DNA from: Desulfotalea psychrophila LSv54
Lineage (GTDB): Bacteria > Desulfobacterota > Desulfobulbia > Desulfobulbales > Desulfocapsaceae
Direction of reading: 5' to 3'
Assembly (NCBI RefSeq): GCF_000025945.1
Contig: NC_006138.1
Location: 2,580,001 to 2,612,000, forward strand
DNA length: 32,000 bases
A model generated the notes under the pieces. The model did not search any database and had not been told where the DNA came from. It was given only the letters and a program-made list of their open reading frames with translations. Positions 8,821 through 17,705 of this stretch are shown here, piece by piece. A program made the position numbers and the translations under genes. The first letter of the stretch is position 1, and every line of letters starts with the position of its first letter.

Positions 8821-9237
8821 TTATGAATCCACGGCCTGCGGAAGTACAGGCTTTATATCGACCACCGGCGTGCCATCAATCGCCTCTATCGGCCCCACCC
8901 TCAACCTATTACCGCTGATCTGCAAAACCGTCACCCGATGCAGGCCAAGTGGGTTTGGTCTGTCGGGGGAGCGGGTAGAAAAGACCCCCATAATAGGCCT
9001 GCCCCTGTCCCCGCGGGGATGCAGTTTCAGTATATCGCGCTGAGACCTGTGCAACCAGGTGATGAGGATGATTTCACTGCCCACGGCCATACCTTCAAGC
9101 CCCTCTACCAAGGCCGGATCCACCTCAAGCCAGGCATCGGGCGCGCCCTCACTTCCCTGACTGGGCGCCGCTTTACGACTGACCAGATCGGAACGGATAA
9201 TACCAATGGGATTGATCTGATAGATGCCTTCGCTCAT
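8821..9237 (-). CDS. trmO: TsaA/TrmO-family SAM-dependent tRNA methyltransferase (YaeB-like, short form)
   Basis: INPIGIIRS...GSEIILITWLH...RGVFSTRSPDRPNPLGLHRVTVL...L.V..IEAIDGTPVVDIKP is the characteristic UPF0066/TsaA beta-barrel signature. Confidence 0.8.
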   Translation of the reverse strand: MSEGIYQINPIGIIRSDLVSRKAAPSQGSEGAPDAWLEVDPALVEGLEGMAVGSEIILITWLHRSQRDILKLHPRGDRGRPIMGVFSTRSPDRPNPLGLHRVTVLQISGNRLRVGPIEAIDGTPVVDIKPVLPQAVDS

Positions 9238-9295
9238 AGTCTCCTTGCCTACGCTTATTACTTAAAGCCAGTATCATTTATTGGGGAGTTATTTT

Positions 9296-9994
9296 TTAAT
9301 CAATAGATTTACTCATATTTTTCAACTCATTGTTGGCTAACAGGAGGATATTTGAAAATAAATCTTTGAGAGCACGTAACTCCGCTTCAGTATTTTCATT
9401 CAAATCTTTCTCGATGTAACTGTGTGCGTGAATATTGTCATCGATGTCTCTTAGTAATTTTGTTATCTCTTTTCTTTGTGTTTCTGTTGACAGCAGTAAA
9501 ATATATTCTGATACAGTAGTACTGTATCCTCTTAATCTTCCCTTGTTGTATGTTAGCTTTTCCTCTAGTATTGTTCGCTGTTTCTGTAATTCATAATCTC
9601 TACCGTCATCCCTGTGCTCCCATATTCCACGTCCTTCTGTTCCAAATATTCGGTATGAATCCAATTCTTTTTTTATCTTTTTTAAATTTGCTAGCTCATC
9701 TTCTTTAAGGATTTCTTTAGCGTATCTTGCGGCAGTAGCTATTTTGCTAATTGCCGTTCTAGAATTTTGGTGGTCAATAGCTTTTTTCCAATCATTTTTT
9801 GCAATCCATGCAACACCAAAAAGTCCAATAGTCCCAAGCCCTGCCAGCCATGTACCCAAATCTGAGAAACTCCCCAGCATATCACTGCGTATTTCTGACG
9901 AGCTTGTAAATGTGGCATAGATTACCCCAATAATAACGACAAGATTTACCAGACAAGCTATGATGATATTATGCTTTTTCCAAATCGTCTTCAT
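9296..9994 (-). CDS. Hypothetical membrane protein: two N-terminal TM helices plus a charged helical/coiled-coil domain of about 165 aa
   Basis: This is a 232-aa uninterrupted ORF in an AT-rich stretch where stop codons are frequent. The TM segments are IIIACLVNLVVIIGVIYATF and LGTWLAGLGTIGLFGVAWIA. The remainder is rich in K, E and R. I recognise no family. Confidence 0.6.
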   Translation of the reverse strand: MKTIWKKHNIIIACLVNLVVIIGVIYATFTSSSEIRSDMLGSFSDLGTWLAGLGTIGLFGVAWIAKNDWKKAIDHQNSRTAISKIATAARYAKEILKEDELANLKKIKKELDSYRIFGTEGRGIWEHRDDGRDYELQKQRTILEEKLTYNKGRLRGYSTTVSEYILLLSTETQRKEITKLLRDIDDNIHAHSYIEKDLNENTEAELRALKDLFSNILLLANNELKNMSKSID

Positions 9995-10299
9995 TTTTTA
10001 ATCATGCTCACTCACTTAAACAGGTTATTATGCCAATTTTTTTATTTAACAACATTAAAACTTACAAAATTAGCGCTAAACATACCATATAGTTCAGTGT
10101 TTTTGGGAAATCTGATTATTCTGCGATTGAATCTCTTCTCGGTGCTAATTATTTTTTCTTTGGTCGATTTTTTCCCTCTGCAAATTTAGAGCCGTTACAA
10201 AGTTTTTTAAATCCTTTACATGCCAGGCAACCGCATTCAATACACCACCCTCATCTTGAAATTCTATCTTAAGTAAGTGCGTGTTAATCGATTTGCCTA

Positions 10300-10665
10300 A
10301 AAAGCTCGAAGGCGTCACACACCTTTTTATTTTTTAAGAGGAATACACAGTTCCATCCTGGGATGTAATCTTAAAAAATACAATTCACTCTAGACAAGGA
10401 CAAGAACACCTTTGCCTCTGACTTGCTTCCCCTTGAACGATTCCATACCAAAATACTCAGCAAAATTATCATGGCATAGAATGTCTCCAGAGCTGTATCT
10501 TTTAGCTAAAGTCTCACGATATCCTTTACGGATCTTATGCATTTCCAGAAAAAGCATCACAAATCCAACCACAAGCAGCACGGCTATGGCAGCCATAGAA
10601 TCGTTGCAGTGCTGTTTAACCAAGACACCCCTATACCTGATGCTCCAAAATCCATTTCCCCTCAC
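10300..10665 (-). pseudogene. Small TM plus PH/GRAM-like protein gene, apparently interrupted by in-frame stops
   Basis: The ORF reads ...MAAIAVLLVVGFVMLFLE...GKQVRGKGVLVLV and stops at a TAG. The same frame then continues SELYFLRLHPRMELCIPLKK before the next stop. That matches the G.GVL.LT...L.F......IPL pattern of small bacterial PH-like domains. Confidence 0.35.
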
Positions 10666-10809
10666 CTTATTTATAAATGTACGAGCCTATCATTACCTTA
10701 CACGTATGCCTATCAAAAACTCATCGTAGTTTTCACATAAGCAGTCTACTAATGATAGTAGTTAATCGGTGTTTGAATAAAAAACATCATCGAAGAAGGC
10801 CAACAGTTT

Positions 10810-11928
10810 TTATTTGTGTAGCAAGGTCGTCTGTTTAACTAATTTTTCAACATAATCTTCGGCGCCATCGAAATGATATGTTATGCTCCGATTACCAAAA
10901 AAACGTTTCCAGTGTTTCTCGACCGCTTCTTTAGCATCGGGATTCTTACAAGAATCAACAACCTCAATCTCTACGTTTTTCCGAGCCATTCGTGAAAGCA
11001 ATTGTTTCATTTCAAAATCTGCACTTGATAAAGAGTAACCAATAAAGACTAATCTTGAAGCTTCTGATATTTCTATACCTGCATTTTGCCAAATAATCTT
11101 ATATTGAGGGTTCGATAAGTCTTTAATAAAAGTAGGCATTATAAGGTTTGAAACAAGAACATGGTTTCCTTTTTCTTCAGAAAAATTTATATCGCAATGT
11201 CGGCATGACTTCGGATCTTTAAAATTATGTATTCCTTCTTTTGTGTTAAAAGTTGCGTATATCCTCATACATCTTGGGCACTGCAACCAATTCAAAGAAC
11301 CATGCAGTTTTAACAACTTAACGTTAAAGCCTCCAGTGCCAAGTATTTCTAAGCCTGGTTTAATAGAGTCATCATCTTTATTTTTGGAGCTGATATAACA
11401 ACAGTAGTCTACAACAGCATTATATTTACCCTCACGAATAGAGTCGTTAATTGAATTATCAAGTAATATATCCCAGTTAGCACTGATAACACTCACGGGA
11501 TCTTTTTCATGATATGCCCCTGACATTCTAACTGACGATTTTTCAGTTAAGTATCGTGCAAATTTATTTATGTACTCTTTGGAAACAGATGGGTCATTAA
11601 GAATCAGTAAAATGGTTTGGCCCACAACATAAAATATTGCCTCTCGAACTTCCATAATTTCCCCAAAGCCAATACCTCGATATTGAATACTGTCACTAAA
11701 ACATCGATCAAGAGGAGTAAAAATGTCTTCTAATTCAACATTTGAAAATTGCTCTTCAGCAATATTTAATTGCTTAATTAAAAAATTCTTGAATAGCTCA
11801 AATCTCTTTTCGTCATAATTTGATGAATTTTCGGTATAGAGCTCAAAAGCTTTACCAATTAGTGAAGCTTGAGTTGGTGCTCCCGCTTCTACTGAAAATC
11901 CTGCACCTAAGATATAAACAGTTTTCAT
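10810..11928 (-). CDS. Stand-alone SIR2-like (sirtuin/SIR2_2-type) NAD-binding protein with a Cx2C...Cx2C zinc ribbon
   Basis: It has VYILGAGFSVEAGAPT (GAGxS..G.P), VISANWDILL (the T/S-x-N-x-D motif), LKLHGSLNW (catalytic His), CPRC...CRHC and LVFIGYSLSSADF. Start 11928 (MKTVYILG) is preferred because AAGAGGA lies 5 nt upstream. Confidence 0.8.
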   Translation of the reverse strand: MKTVYILGAGFSVEAGAPTQASLIGKAFELYTENSSNYDEKRFELFKNFLIKQLNIAEEQFSNVELEDIFTPLDRCFSDSIQYRGIGFGEIMEVREAIFYVVGQTILLILNDPSVSKEYINKFARYLTEKSSVRMSGAYHEKDPVSVISANWDILLDNSINDSIREGKYNAVVDYCCYISSKNKDDDSIKPGLEILGTGGFNVKLLKLHGSLNWLQCPRCMRIYATFNTKEGIHNFKDPKSCRHCDINFSEEKGNHVLVSNLIMPTFIKDLSNPQYKIIWQNAGIEISEASRLVFIGYSLSSADFEMKQLLSRMARKNVEIEVVDSCKNPDAKEAVEKHWKRFFGNRSITYHFDGAEDYVEKLVKQTTLLHK

Positions 11929-12045
11929 TATTTTCCTCTTATCTTTCGGACAACATTCAACCATTTTGCAGTAACTATCTGAAAATACTAACTCTACCCA
12001 AAATAGGCAAGGGATGTCTCTAACTGATTACTGGATGAAAAATGG

Positions 12046-12412
12046 CGAAGGTCGGACAAGGTCTGCGCTGGGAACAAAACGGGCCTCTGCCCCACCACAA
12101 TGGGCAGAACAGAGAAGAGATCTAGCATTAAGATGATGCCAAATTTTGCCAGAAGAACGCGCACGGACAGAAAGGTGAGTCCGCCCATCAGATTAAGAAG
12201 GGCTGAGTTGCGTAAGTTACCAGTTCGCCTGTTTAGAAGGTAGAGAGTGAGGGCAATAATCAGGGGAAAAAAAACTGCCCTTAGGACCGAGCATACTGAA
12301 TATGCATCCGGAAAAGACGACCCCATATCCGAGAGAAAAATAGGCCCCATCCATAAAGATGGGAGAGAAGGAGGCGGGTCAGAGGGTGAGCAACCCCCCG
12401 TGCCGGACGCCT
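12046..12412 (-). pseudogene. Degraded copy of the 3' end (plus terminator region) of the NRAMP-like gene at 16269..17516
   Basis: The nucleotide alignment to 16190-16650 has several internal deletions. The peptide [25 protein letters not shown] matches [25 protein letters not shown] in the intact gene. The stop codon is lost, and the track ORF 11994..12350 is a chimera reading across this fragment. Confidence 0.8.
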
Positions 12413-12475
12413 AGGTCGTTCACAGCCCGCATAGGTCGTTGATCTCCTACCAATCTATGTTTTTTCAATAAATTA

Positions 12476-13729
12476 TTATTGAAGTGAACCTAATCTGTAT
12501 TCTTCAAATGTGTGGGCTTGGCACTGTAAAACTAAATCATTAATTTCATATTTATGCTGTTCAATTACCTCAAACATATCAGGAGAAATTGATGCTGACA
12601 TATTATCCCTGATAATATCGAACGCTACATCAACGGATAAGCTTTCTCGATAAGGTCTTTCTTCCATTAGCGCAGAAATTATATCTGAGCATGATAAAAT
12701 CTTCACGCCTTCATCAAGACTTGTATCATCTAATGAAAATGGATATCCCGTTCCATCAGATTTTTCATGATGCCGCTCAGCCCACGTTACAATTTCACTA
12801 AACCAATCAGAAGTATTAAGTTCATTCAAGATTTGCCCCGTATAATAAGCATGTAATTTAATTAAATTAAATTCCTCATCATTAAGGGGACCATTTTTTT
12901 CGATTAACCTGGGGTCAATTCCAATTTTGCCAATATCATGCAGGTACCCAGCAATCAATAATTTTTTACATTTTTCTTCAGAAAACCCAAAATATCCACC
13001 AATTAAAGAGGATAGATGCGCGACTGTATATGAATGCGATGCGGTAAATTTACTGCGAAAGTCAATTATTCTTGACATTGTCAAGGTAAACTCTATAATA
13101 TCGTCAATTGTAAGCTCAAAATCAATTGCTCCAAAATCGATCTTTCTAAGTAGTTGCTCCATCTCCAAATTATTCATTTCAATCCAGAATATATCTGCTT
13201 TTGACACTTCCTCAAATGCTTTAAAAACTTCAGGATGAAAGGTTGTTTCCGCTTTTTCACGAATTTTTTCTGTAACCATACTTTTTTGATTTGTAATAAA
13301 TTCGTTAGGGGAGACCAGTATATCAACCCTGTCAGCAAGATGAATAATATGGCTTTGTAATAATATTTCTCCCTCTTCCGCATTTAATGAATCTTGATAC
13401 TTGATGTGATGATGCTTGATAATTTGGGAAATGTTCTTAAACACATCAAGCGATGCCAACATACGGTATCCCATCATACAATGCGGAGCTGGATTTATGA
13501 CATCCTCCTGAACAATCATATCTCGTTCCTGCACAGATAAGGCACCAATATCATGAAGCGCTGCCGCAATAACAAGTTCCACTAACTCAGTATTATTTAA
13601 GTTGAGTTTTTTTCCAATATAATATGAAACGACCGCAGTTCTTCTATGGTGCGATTTCAGCAGATAATTAAAACTATCAATAGATTTAATCATTGGTACA
13701 GCTAATTCTCTTAAGGATAACTTTTTCAT
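12476..13729 (-). CDS. Tandem HD-domain protein: N-terminal HD domain without GYP plus C-terminal HD-GYP domain (putative c-di-GMP phosphodiesterase)
   Basis: Domain 1 has SHHRRT...AAALHDIGAL...KHHH...HLADRVD. Domain 2 has SHSYTV...GYLHDIGKIGI...ERHHEKSDGTGYPFSL...CSDIISAL. Confidence 0.8.
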   Translation of the reverse strand: MKKLSLRELAVPMIKSIDSFNYLLKSHHRRTAVVSYYIGKKLNLNNTELVELVIAAALHDIGALSVQERDMIVQEDVINPAPHCMMGYRMLASLDVFKNISQIIKHHHIKYQDSLNAEEGEILLQSHIIHLADRVDILVSPNEFITNQKSMVTEKIREKAETTFHPEVFKAFEEVSKADIFWIEMNNLEMEQLLRKIDFGAIDFELTIDDIIEFTLTMSRIIDFRSKFTASHSYTVAHLSSLIGGYFGFSEEKCKKLLIAGYLHDIGKIGIDPRLIEKNGPLNDEEFNLIKLHAYYTGQILNELNTSDWFSEIVTWAERHHEKSDGTGYPFSLDDTSLDEGVKILSCSDIISALMEERPYRESLSVDVAFDIIRDNMSASISPDMFEVIEQHKYEINDLVLQCQAHTFEEYRLGSLQ

Positions 13730-13752
13730 GTTATGTTTCCTAAAATTCTAGA

Positions 13753-13773
13753 GGGCAAGAACAATGCTTGCCC
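13753..13773 (-). terminator. Weak candidate hairpin between the MCP and HD-GYP genes
   Basis: GGGCAAG-N7-CTTGCCC, followed on the minus strand by TCTAGAATTTT. The stem is short and there is no clean T-run. Confidence 0.25.
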
Positions 13774-13937
13774 CTTAAAAAGCATTCTATTTTATGATAT
13801 CAGGACACTAAAAACTGAGTTCAAGTAATAAATGCGCCATTCCTTCAGCAATAAAATCCTATTTAACCTCCTCATTCTGGTAAAACAAATTCACGTTCTC
13901 CCAGAATTATCGGAAGGGATTCAGTTATTACAAGCGC

Positions 13938-15584
13938 CTACTTTATATTAAATTCCTTAACCAAGACAGAGAGCTTATCTGCTGATCTATTAAGATCTTT
14001 GGCATTGGCAGCAACCAGCGTACTGGATTCATTCATTGCAGTAGACTTTAAATCAACCTCTGAGATATCATTTGCAACCTCTCCAGCCACAGCTGAACTC
14101 TGAGATATATTTTTAGTCACTTCCTGGATACCTTCGGAAGCCTGGGCAACATTGATCGAAATTTCTTGGGTAGTGGCTGCCTGCTCATCCATAGCCACCG
14201 CAATATTCCCTACTATTTCATCTACTTCGTTTATAGTATTGGCAATGCCACTTATTTCAGTCACCGTCAGTGATGTTGATGATTGAATTGCTTCAATTTT
14301 AATACGAATATCTCCTGTTGCATCAGCAGTCTGTTTGGCCAAGTTTTTTATTTCATTGGCAACAACAGCAAATCCTTTTCCTGCTTCACCTGCTCTAGCG
14401 GCCTCAATGGTTGCGTTTAACGCCAACAAGTTGGTCTGGTCAGATATTTCCGTTATTGTCTCAGTCACTTTACCAATTTCATTGGCAGCATTTCCAAGTT
14501 CGTTTATACGCTCTGAGGCCTGTTTAGATTGATTAACAGCAGCACCAGTTATATTACGGGCATTTTCTGTATTGCTAGATATTGTAATAATATTTTCTGT
14601 TATTTCTTGTACCGAGTCCGCCATGATAGCTACATTTGTCGAGGTCTCCTCAACAGCAGCAGCGACTGAATCCATATTAGAGCTCAATTGTTCAGCCGCA
14701 GCCGCAACAGAACTTGAACGCTCTGCAACACCCCCCGCCCCCCGAGAAACTTCTGACGCTGCTTTTGATAACTCTTCAGATGTTTCACCAAGTTCTTTGG
14801 AGGTGATCCTGATTCCCCTAATCATTTTTTCAAGATTAGCAGCCATACAATCAAGGCTTACTCCAATTTGTCCAAGCTCGTCATCACCAGTTATCCCAGA
14901 CTCGACCGTCAAATTACCATTTCCTAAAAGTTCTGAAAATTTATTTACCTTATTCAGTCTCAAAACTATAGAGGAGGTAAGCATAAAGGCTCGGACAAAA
15001 ATTATCGCTCCTAATACAGCCAGCGTGATTTGTATTTTGAGCAACAAAAGCACCAACTCTTCAGCCTGAGCTTGCATCATACCAACAGCTTTATTCATTT
15101 CTTGCAGAATACGGATATTATCCGTTTTAATTGTTTTCCTATCAGTTTCTGAGGCAGTTCCCATAAGCGCCCTCTCTATTACAGGTGAAAACTGCTGCCA
15201 CAGTCTGTCCACTTTTGCCAATTGCCCTTTAGCTGGTTCCTGAGCAATAGGGCAATCTCGATACAAAGTATCCCTGAGGTCAAGAGATAAAGGCGCTCTC
15301 CCGGAATTTTCAAGAGCCGTTAGAGTCATAGAAAAGACCTTCATCGTCGACCGGACTTGGGCAGCGGCATTTTTTTTGGACTCTACTGCTTGGCTGGGGA
15401 TGATTGAGAATTGCAGAAACTCTTTCGTCATCTTTTGTGAAAGCATCCTTTGCCGGCCAGCAAGATTTATCACTAATCCATCATTTTTTTGTTTGTTCGT
15501 AATAGAGAAAGTAGCCAAAAACATAGCAACTATAATGACAGCTAAAGAGACTGTTATTAGCTTTAATTTCAAGTTAATACTCAT
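13938..15584 (-). CDS. Methyl-accepting chemotaxis protein with a PilJ/NarX-type N-terminal sensor, HAMP and MCP signalling domains
   Basis: An N-terminal TM segment is followed by [19 protein letters not shown] (the PilJ-N/NIT-like P-box) and a second TM segment. The canonical signalling hairpin is [35 protein letters not shown]. Confidence 0.9.
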   Translation of the reverse strand: MSINLKLKLITVSLAVIIVAMFLATFSITNKQKNDGLVINLAGRQRMLSQKMTKEFLQFSIIPSQAVESKKNAAAQVRSTMKVFSMTLTALENSGRAPLSLDLRDTLYRDCPIAQEPAKGQLAKVDRLWQQFSPVIERALMGTASETDRKTIKTDNIRILQEMNKAVGMMQAQAEELVLLLLKIQITLAVLGAIIFVRAFMLTSSIVLRLNKVNKFSELLGNGNLTVESGITGDDELGQIGVSLDCMAANLEKMIRGIRITSKELGETSEELSKAASEVSRGAGGVAERSSSVAAAAEQLSSNMDSVAAAVEETSTNVAIMADSVQEITENIITISSNTENARNITGAAVNQSKQASERINELGNAANEIGKVTETITEISDQTNLLALNATIEAARAGEAGKGFAVVANEIKNLAKQTADATGDIRIKIEAIQSSTSLTVTEISGIANTINEVDEIVGNIAVAMDEQAATTQEISINVAQASEGIQEVTKNISQSSAVAGEVANDISEVDLKSTAMNESSTLVAANAKDLNRSADKLSVLVKEFNIK

Positions 15585-16268
15585 TTTTTTTCCTGTAAAA
15601 AAGATTATGCTTTATTAGATAGTGTTAACCAAATCAGTGGTAAATCCCCTGAGGTAACAGATCCTTGATTGCAAATTAAGTGGGCTGAGGAGGCATTGCG
15701 ACAACAGTGAAATGAGCCAAAGACTTGATGGGAAAATCTGGACAAATCATCGCGAGAAAGGTGCAAAGGTGAATAGAGGATTAATACAGAGCAAGTTATA
15801 AGAAAATATCTCGCATTGGCTGATCAGCAGAGGCTATCATTTTACGTATGCGTATAAAAATTTTTGAGGCAAAAAGTCGTGCTATTCTAACATCTTTTGC
15901 CGTATTCAGGAAGACAAAAATCAAGATGATGGATTGAACAAGACTGAGTTCAAGCAATACACCTATCAGTAAGTGCTTATAACAGTGTCAGTCCTTCTAA
16001 AATTTTTCTTCTTTTTCAAATTAAGTATGTTTCACTTGCCACCTCTTGACTGCCAAGATTGGCAAGCAAGAGGGCAACAATTCGCTCCCTGTAGCCACAG
16101 CAACGAGCTATCGGCTCAAGGCAGACTCCACCTGCAAGAGAGGTGTTTGGCCAAAGCAAACAATTCTTATCGTTTTTCATGCTATTTCCAGCCACAGAAA
16201 CAAGGCCAGCCTCTGCCCCCATAGTGGGCGGAACAGAGAGGGGCAGAGGAGTTAGAATGGGACGACAA

Positions 16269-17516
16269 TCACATGATGCCAAATTTTGCCAAAAGAAAGC
16301 GTACAGCCAGAAACGAGGTGACCAAAAAGGTGAGTCCACCCATCAAATTAAGAAGGGCTGAGTTGCGTAAGCTGCCAGTCCGTCTATTCAGAAGATAGAG
16401 AATAATGGCAATGATTAGGGGTGTACCGGTAAGACCTAAGGCCAGCATCAGAGGGAGGAGAAGGAAAAAGCTGCCCTTAACGAAAGGGCCGAGCATACTG
16501 AGCAGACATCCGGCAAAGACTACCCCGGCAAAACGTCTATCCTTAACATCGAGCTGCCAGCCCATCTTATCCGAGAGAAAATAGGCCCCGGCCATAAAGG
16601 TGGGAGAGAGGGTCGAGAGAGTGGCTGCCCAGAGGCCGACCATAAAGATCTTCATGGCGCTGTCACCCAGAAGGGGTTTAAGGGCCAAGGCCGCATCCGT
16701 TGCCCTCTTCACCGCAATTCCGTTGGGATGAAGGACAGCGACATCCACCAAAAAGATGGCCACACTGTAGAGACCAAAGGCCATACCCATGGAGGAAAAG
16801 GTATCAAAACGGGCCAGAGACAGATCTTTTATTTTCCAGCCCCTAGCATTGGTATTATAGGTATGCATGCCGATAATGGTGATATGAACGGCCCCACCCA
16901 TGATGGCCGCCATCATCAGGGCCGCATCGATTCCGCCGGGGAAATTGGGCAGGAGGCCCTCACCAATGGCCGGGAGAGAGAGATCCGCCATAAAGAGGGT
17001 GGCCATAAAACAGGCCACCACAAAGATCACCAAGACCTTGCACAGTGTTTCAAAGTTACGATATCCCCTCCGAACCAGAAAGAGGGCAACCAGAACTCCG
17101 TAGAGTACGCCCCAATACGGGGTGTCCACACCGGTAATGAGAGAGGTGACCCCAGCTAAGGCATTCATCAAAACCATGGCGGCAAGCCAGGTGGCCAAGA
17201 GGGCATCTATGGTCAAAATCCAGGCCCACCGTTTTCCCAGATGTTTTTCGGTGGCGGCAATGATTCCCATCCCCTCTAAAACACCCACCCGGGCAGCCAG
17301 GTACTGGGTCGTGGTGCCAAACACCGCACTGAGGATTACCACCCAGAGCATCTTATAGCCATAGGTCGCCCCGGCAATGGCAACACTGGCCAGGGTCGCA
17401 GGCCCGCAGGCCACGGCGCTGATAATCCAGGCAGGACCCATATTTTTAATATACCTACAGTATCTTTTTGGCAGAGAACCTGCCTCTTGCTGAGCTGTAC
17501 TTACTTCGTTTTGCAT
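16269..17516 (-). CDS. NRAMP-fold (MntH-related) transporter lacking the canonical metal-coordinating motifs. It is under TPP-riboswitch control.
   Basis: A 415-aa polytopic protein. [38 protein letters not shown] aligns to the NRAMP TM1 region [45 protein letters not shown] aligns to the TM6 region GATVMPHVIYLHS. Confidence 0.85.
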   Translation of the reverse strand: [415 protein letters not shown]

Positions 17517-17705
17517 GGTCCATCTCCTTGAGTTGCCATGGGGGTTAGGCGGGGACTGGCACAGGAGATAGAGAAAGGCTCTGTCGGGCGGTCAGAAAAA
17601 TCCAACAACAAAGGCGCTCTCCGAGTTCCCTGCGACAGTATGAGCTGTATCAGGTTCGATGGGTATAATCTCAGCCCTGCCGTACAGGACACCCCAATCG
17701 GAATA
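17517..17705 (-). promoter_or_regulatory. TPP (THI-box) riboswitch with an SD-sequestering expression platform
   Basis: The minus strand from 17701 to 17621 reads CCGAUUGGGGUGUCCUGUACGGCAGGGCUGAGAUUAUACCCAUCGAACCUGAUACAGCUCAUACUGUCGCAGGGAACUCGG. This matches the thiM-type aptamer blocks GGGGUGC, GCUGAGA, AUACCC, ACCUGAU and CG.AGGGAA. ATCTCCT (17569-17563) is complementary to the SD AGGAGAT (17528-17522). Confidence 0.9.

Noticed and set aside
11994-12350. A 118-aa ORF reported by the track
   Set aside because: It reads through the degraded NRAMP 3' fragment into unrelated sequence and has no plausible start context. I treat it as a pseudogene fragment rather than a gene.
13811-15960. A 17-nt near-identical direct repeat, ACTGAGTTCAAG(T/C)AATA, on both sides of the MCP gene (about 13814-13830 and 15944-15960)
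   Set aside because: A 16/17 match is expected about once by chance in a 32-kb self-comparison, and the similarity does not extend into the flanks.
15973-16361. Several 69-107-aa ORFs on both strands in the MCP to NRAMP gap
   Set aside because: They overlap one another, have no RBS or family signal, and partly read through the transporter 3' end and its hairpins.
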